Below are positions 57,724-64,000 of a stretch of DNA of 64,000 bases, in pieces; position 1 is the first letter of the stretch; every line of letters starts with the position of its first letter. Origin of the DNA: Candidatus Poribacteria bacterium (GTDB lineage: Bacteria > Poribacteria > WGA-4E > WGA-3G). The notes beneath the pieces are model-generated. The model ran no database searches and was not told where the DNA came from. It worked only from the letters and a program-made list of their open reading frames with translations. The DNA lies in the NCBI GenBank assembly GCA_964291315.2, contig OZ219753.1, forward strand, positions 1,216,001 through 1,280,000. The letters are read 5' to 3'. The translations under genes were made by a program, and so were the position numbers.

Positions 57724-59160
57724 TTAAGCCAAAATGTCACGGACGACGTGTCCGTGGACATCGGTGAGTCGGAAGTCTCGCCCTTGGAAGCGGTAGACGA
57801 GTTTCTCGTGGTTAATTCCAAAGAGGTGGAGCATGGTGGCGTGGAAGTCGTGGACGTGCACAATATTTTCAACTGCGTTGTAACCTAATTCATCGGTGCT
57901 GCCATAACTAATGCCGCCTTTGATGCCACCGCCGGCCATCCACATTGAGAATCCCTTGATATGGTGATCGCGTCCGGTGCCTTGTGCCATCGGTGTTCGG
58001 CCGAATTCGCCTCCCCAAATCACTAAGGTATGCTCTAACATACCACGTTGTTTCAGGTCGTTAACGAGGGCGGCGGTTGCTTTATCAACATAGCTAGCAG
58101 TTGTCTGGATAGCTCCCTCAATACCGCCATGATGGTCCCAACCGCGGTGGTAAAGCTGAATGAACCGGACACCACGTTCCGCTAGTCGCCGCGCAAGCAG
58201 GCAGTTTGAGGCATAGGATCCATCTCCCGGTGTAGCCCCGTACATATCAAGAATGTGCTGAGGTTCTTTCGATAGGTCAGTCAACTCTGGAACGCTGGTC
58301 TGCATTCGGAATGCCATCTCGTATTGGCTAATGCGCGTCGCGATAGTCGGATCGTCTACAGTCTCGTCGAACACCGCGTTTAGGTTTTGCACTGCATTGA
58401 TGACATCCTGCTGTTGTTCTGTACTCACACCGTCAGGGTTGGTAACGTAGTGAACCGGGTCACCGGTTGAATGGAACTGGACACCTTGGAACTGACCGGG
58501 GAGAAATCCGCTGTGCCACTGTCTCGTCGCGATCGGTTGATCCTGGCCACCGCCTGAAGAGATAAGCACAACGTAACCCGGTAGATTTTCGTTTTCGCTA
58601 CCGAGCCCGTAGAGCAACCAAGATCCCATGCTGGGCCTGCCAGCGATTGCAGTGCCAGTGTTCATGAAAGTGTGGGCTGGATCGTGATTAATCTGCTCGG
58701 TTTTCATGGAACGAATGATACAAATATCGTCAGCCAGGCTTCCGATATGTGGGAACGCGCTACTCATCACTTGTCCTGATTGCCCCCACCGCTTGAATTG
58801 GTGTGTCGGTCCGAGGCATTTGAGCGAGTCGACTTGTCCTTGGAGCTGAGCAATGGGTTGGCCTTCGGTAAAAGACTTTGGCATCGGCTGTCCGTGGAGC
58901 TCGGCCAGTTTCGGCTTGTGATCTAATGTCTCTAAATGTGAGGGACCACCTGCCATGCAGAGATGAATAATACATTTGGCTTTCGGTGGCGCCTGCGGCG
59001 TGGTGATAATACCGCTCCATTTCTCAATGTCCGCAGATGTGCCGATTGATGGAGACAGCAAAGACGCAAGCGCGAGCGACCCGACACCCCGCACCGTCTT
59101 TCCCAGGAATGTCCGCCTTGTAAGACGAAGGTTCGTTTCTTCATGAATATCTATGGGCAT
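57724..59160 (-). CDS. DUF1501 protein (Tat-exported, sulfatase-like fold)
   Basis: TRRTFL, MAGGPSHLET.D.KP, NCLLARRLAERGVRFIQL, WDHH, GEFGRTP, GRDHH, GRDFRLTDVHG. Confidence 0.95.
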   Translation of the reverse strand: MPIDIHEETNLRLTRRTFLGKTVRGVGSLALASLLSPSIGTSADIEKWSGIITTPQAPPKAKCIIHLCMAGGPSHLETLDHKPKLAELHGQPMPKSFTEGQPIAQLQGQVDSLKCLGPTHQFKRWGQSGQVMSSAFPHIGSLADDICIIRSMKTEQINHDPAHTFMNTGTAIAGRPSMGSWLLYGLGSENENLPGYVVLISSGGGQDQPIATRQWHSGFLPGQFQGVQFHSTGDPVHYVTNPDGVSTEQQQDVINAVQNLNAVFDETVDDPTIATRISQYEMAFRMQTSVPELTDLSKEPQHILDMYGATPGDGSYASNCLLARRLAERGVRFIQLYHRGWDHHGGIEGAIQTTASYVDKATAALVNDLKQRGMLEHTLVIWGGEFGRTPMAQGTGRDHHIKGFSMWMAGGGIKGGISYGSTDELGYNAVENIVHVHDFHATMLHLFGINHEKLVYRFQGRDFRLTDVHGHVVRDILA

Positions 59161-59175
59161 AGTTACCTCTCTTGT

Positions 59176-60150
59176 TCAAGAATAACAGTTACAGTCTGCT
59201 TCCTGAATGTCCAAATACTGTTGAGTGGTTTGAGGCGCAGTTGAGACGGGTAAACTGCCTGTTTTGATTTTCTCAAAGTCAATACACCTCACGTCTTCGG
59301 GAATCACAAAGGATGCCTTCAAGGATTCCCAGTCTTTATCAGCAATTGTGATGATTTCATCCCGGTGAAAACTGACCCATACATCGCCTATTTTAGAGTT
59401 AGGTGATTCTTGTGCTAACTTTCGCCGTGTGATTTCCACATATTGCGGATCTAAGTCTATACCGATAATTTTCCTGCCCAACCTTGCAGAGGCGACAGCG
59501 GTGGTACCAGCCCCTACAAACGGGTCTAAGAGAACATCACCCTCATCCGTGCTCATCAAAATAAGGCGTTCCAAAAGATGAACGGGAAGCTGACACGGGT
59601 GCGGGTCCCTATGTTTACTGTGGCGGATACGATGGATATCTGTCCAGACATCGGGAACAAGGGGACCGAATGGATGCAGTATCTTTTTCTTTCCGCCGTA
59701 GTCCTTGATTAGGTATCCACATTTGCGACAACGTTTATGCGGGTAACGGACTTCATAGAATTTGTTTTGTTTCTTATTTTTTGCGTAAAACAAGATGCCG
59801 TAGTGTGAAGGCTGCAAGGTTTTGCCCATCGGGGATGTCGGCGCGTTCCATGCGATCCAGTGCCGGAAATCTGCAACTTCATTTAAGAAACTTGCGTAAT
59901 AAGTGAGCCATTTCGGGATATTATGCAAAAAGATGGATCCGCTCGGTTTTGTGATTCGGACTATTTCTAATATCCACTGTTTACACCAATTGAGGTAATC
60001 CTCTACCAGCTTTTCGTCTTTATAGGTTCTATATTTCTTTTTCAGATTAAACGGTGGATCGGCAAACGTGACATCGATACTGTCCGAGGGAATGCCTTGC
60101 ATAATCTCTATACAGTCCCCCTCAATGATTCTGTTAATATATTTCTCCAT
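59176..60150 (-). CDS. Beta-class N4/N6 DNA methyltransferase of an R-M system
   Basis: FADPPFN, HPCQLP, LDPFVGAGTT. Adjacent to the endonuclease gene. Confidence 0.92.
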   Translation of the reverse strand: MEKYINRIIEGDCIEIMQGIPSDSIDVTFADPPFNLKKKYRTYKDEKLVEDYLNWCKQWILEIVRITKPSGSIFLHNIPKWLTYYASFLNEVADFRHWIAWNAPTSPMGKTLQPSHYGILFYAKNKKQNKFYEVRYPHKRCRKCGYLIKDYGGKKKILHPFGPLVPDVWTDIHRIRHSKHRDPHPCQLPVHLLERLILMSTDEGDVLLDPFVGAGTTAVASARLGRKIIGIDLDPQYVEITRRKLAQESPNSKIGDVWVSFHRDEIITIADKDWESLKASFVIPEDVRCIDFEKIKTGSLPVSTAPQTTQQYLDIQEADCNCYS

Positions 60151-60192
60151 AAAATGCCTCAAATAATCTGTGAAGGGTTATTTAAACTAATG

Positions 60193-61173
60193 TTATCTCA
60201 AAATGTCTCTTAATAACTCACTGAAACGTCTAAGTTCTGTTGGGGCCAAAGTAAAAACATCTTCAAACGCTTCGACCATTCTTTCCAAATCTTTTTTGCG
60301 AACGTACCAGCCGATACCGTCAACAAATCCCCAAAAGCGTGCCTTGGGATAATGCACCTTAAGAAGTTCTCTAATATTATTTTCAGTTTTTGCTTTATCG
60401 CCTTGTCCTGAGGATGTCGTTGCCAAATATGAGGATTCAATAATAATTTGGGGGTTACTTCGGTTAGGAATAATAAAATCCATCGTGCGTTTTTCTACAA
60501 AAGCATTTGCCTTCAGTTTATCTAGGTCACCATTCTCGAAACTAACCTCCATTTCAGTTAAGACATTTCCGATAACAGCTTCCGGGTTATTCTGATGTTT
60601 TCCTGAGTAAGAACCTTTCTCCTTGTAGCGAACTAGGGTATCAATCATTGCTTCAACTTCAAAGTTAAGCTTGGAAAAACTTAACTTTTTTAATTCAAAG
60701 AGTGGAAGAGTTCTAGATAATATGGGTACCGTTGAACCTTCATAAAGGATATTCACAATACCTTTCCTAAAGCTAGCACACTCTTGAATTTTACTTTGGA
60801 TTTTTGAATCGGACCATTCCGATATAGAAGATTTATCCACTTCTGTTTCCGATAGCCATTGATCGCGGTAGGAAAATTTGGAAAGTTCCTCATCAACAAC
60901 AACACGAATAAAACTCACTAACCTCTTAAAGTACTCATTAGATAAACCTGTTAGTGTCAATAAAGCTTTTAGTCCATTTGTTTTTTCCAAAAGCAGCTTC
61001 TCAATTAACGCTTTGGAAAGACCTTGGTTTTGAATCTGATTTCTCAAAATAAGCAACGTTTCCCTCAAAAGGGTGATATGTGCTTCATATTTTTCCTCAA
61101 ATGTTTTATCTTGGAACCAAAAGGTGTTTTGCGTTAAGACGGTGCTGACCTTTTCGTCGGTAGTTCTCGCCAT
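60193..61173 (-). CDS. Type II restriction endonuclease, DpnII-family-like PD-(D/E)xK
   Basis: E...RTMDFIIP...IIIESSY..TTSS, GFVDGIGW. AT-rich, co-oriented with the MTase. Confidence 0.75.
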   Translation of the reverse strand: MARTTDEKVSTVLTQNTFWFQDKTFEEKYEAHITLLRETLLILRNQIQNQGLSKALIEKLLLEKTNGLKALLTLTGLSNEYFKRLVSFIRVVVDEELSKFSYRDQWLSETEVDKSSISEWSDSKIQSKIQECASFRKGIVNILYEGSTVPILSRTLPLFELKKLSFSKLNFEVEAMIDTLVRYKEKGSYSGKHQNNPEAVIGNVLTEMEVSFENGDLDKLKANAFVEKRTMDFIIPNRSNPQIIIESSYLATTSSGQGDKAKTENNIRELLKVHYPKARFWGFVDGIGWYVRKKDLERMVEAFEDVFTLAPTELRRFSELLRDILR

Positions 61174-61206
61174 TTTTATTGTCCTTCAACATCAGATGTC
61201 TACATA

Positions 61207-64000
61207 TTAATACCGCGTAATTGTCTCGTGCAAGTTTAATATCACGCGTGCCACAGATGTCCACGCCGCCAATTGCTCCGGCTCAATACCTTCAATCACC
61301 GGCAATTCACCGGCGGTTATCAACGTATTGGCAGCCGCCAGATCCGCAGTATACTCTGCTTGATGCTTCTCATAGAGATGTGTCACAATCTCCAATTCCT
61401 TTGGCTCCGGCAGGCGAGATAACGCGCATTGATACGCCCAGTTGACACGTTCAGCGACAGATTCACCGCCCTCTTGGATAATCCGTGATGCGAAAACGCG
61501 CGCCGCCTCAACGTAGCTGGGGTCATTGAGGAGTGTCAACGCTTGCATCGGCGTGTTAGAGGTTGCCCGCTCAGCGGTACACTCCTGACGACTCGGGGCA
61601 TCAAACGCCATCAAGCTCGGATGTAAGAAGGTGCGCTGCCAATGTGTATAGAGCCCCCGGCGATATTGGGCCTCCCCTGTATCGTGAACGTAGACACGTT
61701 TCGGGAAATTTAGGTTTGAAAAGTATCCCACCGGTTGGTAAGGCTTTACACTTGGTCCCCCTATTTTGGAAACAAGCAGTCCACTCAAGAGCAGGGCATT
61801 GTCCCGAATTGTTTCGGCATCGAGCCGCCAGCGTGACTGACGGGCAATTAGGCGATTGTAAGCATCTTTTTCGTTCAATACCTCATCCGGTTTCGAGGAT
61901 TGACGATAAGCGCTTGAGGTGACAATAAGTTTCACGATATGTTTGACGTTCCAACCGCTGTCCATAAACTCCGAGGCGAGCCAATCTAAGAGTTCAGGGT
62001 GGACCGGTGATTCACCTTGCGCACCCAGATCGTCCAGGACCCGGGACAACCCGGTTCCGAAATAGAGTGCCCACAGACGGTTCACAAAGGCACGAGCTGT
62101 CAACGGGTTTTGCTTCGACACTATCCACTGAGCAAGTTCCAATCGGTTTGGGCGGCGATTTTTGATACCCAAATCACCCAGAAACGCCGGTATCATCGGT
62201 TCGACAATCTCACCCGAATTGTCCATCCAGTTGCCTCTCGGTAACACACGCGTTGTCCGAGGCAGCGTGGATACAGTTGTAAGCGAGTACGGGATATCTG
62301 TTTCAAGTTCAGTTTTTTGTTTTTGTAAGTTTGCAATCTGGTTCCGGATTCCGTCGAGTGCGGGTGTGATACGGCGATACTCGGCTGCAACCCGTTCGCG
62401 CTGAGCTGCTGTCCTGACAGCAGGATCTACCCGGAGTGCATCAATAACTGATTCCGTATGCGTATGTCTTAACGATGAGCCGTGAGTCGTTGCAACCCCA
62501 GCAAGATCCCAATAAGCTGTCCCACCAAATTGAACGAAAGCCATCCCATTCAGAACACTCTCGGGTTCCAATCCAACAACCGCTGGATCCACCTCAAGAC
62601 GGACCCATGCCCCGGTGGTTGGCAGTGGGCCCATTGCCTTATGTGCAGGTGTATCGTTTCCTATTCCGCCAAACTCAATTCTGTCCTCACCCCAAAATGC
62701 GCGGTGGTTCCAAGTGCCGTCATTCCATTGAAGCATAATTGTCTCTGGGGGTGAGGCAGAATCAAGCCAGACATAAGCAAAAAGCCGGTCACTTTCTGCT
62801 AAAGTAAACGTCCGACGTGCAGCACGGAAGCTGTGCTGGACCGTCTGTTCAGGCGCAGCTGTTTGCCGCCGGGATAACAGCTTGCTAAAAACAGGTGCTT
62901 CATTTCTCGCAACGAACGTCCATGTGCCTTCTGTTCTTCCGCCGTTTACTTGGCGGTCGTCTATCCATGCGAAATCGGCAGGATCGGTTGCATCGAGCAG
63001 TGAAAGCACCTCGTTTTCCCACTCCGTCCGTTCAGCTTCCAATCCGGGCGATGATGCTTTGAATAGCTGTTGTAATCTTGTCAATTCTTCGTTAATGTCT
63101 TGGAGCGCTGATTCTTGTGCGGGTGTTGGGAGCATAACAATCGGTTCCCATTTGCTTCTCCCTGCATAAACCCCAGGCCCCTCAACATCGGCAAAAAATG
63201 CCGCAAAACCGTAAAAATCCTCCGCGGTATACGGATCGAATTTGTGGTCATGGCACTGTGCACATCCGAGGGTTGCCCCTAACCACACAGAAGCAGTCGT
63301 GCGGACCCTGTCAGCGGCGTAGATTGCGAGGTATTCCTTCGCCTGCGCGCCGCCCTCAGCAGTCGTCTGATTCAAACGGTTATACCCCGAGGCAACCTTC
63401 TGGGCGACCGTGGCATGTGGTAGGAGATCGCCAGCAAGGTTCTCCACTGTGAACTGATCAAACGGCATATTGTCATTAAACGCTTGGATCACGTAATCCC
63501 TATAGGGCCAGACGCTCACATTTTCGTCAGAGTGGTAGCCGCTTGTATCGGCATAGCGCACTAGATCAAGCCAGTACATCGCCATCTGTTCGCCGTACTG
63601 CGGTTTAGAGAGAAGTCTATTCACTAGTAATTCATAGGTGTCCGGGTTTTCACTCTTTAGAAAACGATCTACCTCAATGGGAGTAGGCAGCAGTCCTGTC
63701 AGATCAAAGTGTAATCGGCGGATAAGCGTCCGTTTGTCTGCTTCTACAGACGGAGCAAGCCCTTCCCTTTCTAACCTTTGGTGGATAAATGCATCAATCG
63801 GGTTACGAACCCATGGCGTGTTTTCAAGCGTAGGCGGGTCAAGCCGTTCAATCGGTTTGTACGCCCAATGTTCTTCCCATTCAGCTCCTTCAGCGATCCA
63901 CTGGATGAGCGTGTTGATCTCTTTTTGTGTTGGCTGCCGATTGGAAATCTGCGGCGGCATTCGCTGGTCAACATCGGCGTGTGTGATGCGTACGACCAGT
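61207..64000 (-). CDS. Planctomycete cytochrome c + DUF1549 + DUF1553 protein (5' truncated by window edge)
   Basis: Frame open to the edge (LVVRITHADVDQRMPP). WIAEGA, HWAY, WLDLVRYADT, CAQCHDHKFDP, TARAFVNRLW, NTPMQALTLLND, LNLHETITRY. Confidence 0.93.
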   Translation of the reverse strand, partial: LVVRITHADVDQRMPPQISNRQPTQKEINTLIQWIAEGAEWEEHWAYKPIERLDPPTLENTPWVRNPIDAFIHQRLEREGLAPSVEADKRTLIRRLHFDLTGLLPTPIEVDRFLKSENPDTYELLVNRLLSKPQYGEQMAMYWLDLVRYADTSGYHSDENVSVWPYRDYVIQAFNDNMPFDQFTVENLAGDLLPHATVAQKVASGYNRLNQTTAEGGAQAKEYLAIYAADRVRTTASVWLGATLGCAQCHDHKFDPYTAEDFYGFAAFFADVEGPGVYAGRSKWEPIVMLPTPAQESALQDINEELTRLQQLFKASSPGLEAERTEWENEVLSLLDATDPADFAWIDDRQVNGGRTEGTWTFVARNEAPVFSKLLSRRQTAAPEQTVQHSFRAARRTFTLAESDRLFAYVWLDSASPPETIMLQWNDGTWNHRAFWGEDRIEFGGIGNDTPAHKAMGPLPTTGAWVRLEVDPAVVGLEPESVLNGMAFVQFGGTAYWDLAGVATTHGSSLRHTHTESVIDALRVDPAVRTAAQRERVAAEYRRITPALDGIRNQIANLQKQKTELETDIPYSLTTVSTLPRTTRVLPRGNWMDNSGEIVEPMIPAFLGDLGIKNRRPNRLELAQWIVSKQNPLTARAFVNRLWALYFGTGLSRVLDDLGAQGESPVHPELLDWLASEFMDSGWNVKHIVKLIVTSSAYRQSSKPDEVLNEKDAYNRLIARQSRWRLDAETIRDNALLLSGLLVSKIGGPSVKPYQPVGYFSNLNFPKRVYVHDTGEAQYRRGLYTHWQRTFLHPSLMAFDAPSRQECTAERATSNTPMQALTLLNDPSYVEAARVFASRIIQEGGESVAERVNWAYQCALSRLPEPKELEIVTHLYEKHQAEYTADLAAANTLITAGELPVIEGIEPEQLAAWTSVARVILNLHETITRY

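Noticed and set aside
60193-61173. Assigning GATC specificity to the endonuclease
   Set aside because: The resemblance to the DpnII family is motif-level only. Specificity needs REBASE or methylome data.

Overview
Gene-dense bacterial chromosome segment with about 40 CDS and no rRNA, tRNA, CRISPR array, transposase or reverse transcriptase that I can see. The gene repertoire suggests Candidatus Poribacteria or a related lineage (inference): sulfatase, DUF1549/1553 and DUF1501 proteins, FGE-domain proteins, PhyH, CRTAC1/ASPIC, secreted proteins ending in 'L-A-x-x-W-A-x-L-K', and FlgD-Ig C-terminal domains. Housekeeping genes are accA (partial), acnA and dnaE. The strongest signal is at 15.2-18.7 kb: three FGE-type C-lectin-fold domains whose 3' ends differ almost only at codon positions 1-2 with position 3 held. 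This is the footprint of adenine-directed mutagenesis by a diversity-generating retroelement (DGR). No template repeat or RT is in the window, so these would be remote targets. They sit among arrays of GTAG-type palindromic repeats. Other notable items: a fatty-acid desaturase bracketed by 73-bp inverted repeats; a mosaic tandem pair of secreted HEXXH metallopeptidase-like genes; an R-M cassette between DUF1553 and DUF1501 genes; an orphan DpnA-like methyltransferase with an HEH/Rho-N-like N-terminus; and a possible dual-start Tat protein. All calls come from reading motifs by eye; no database searches were run.
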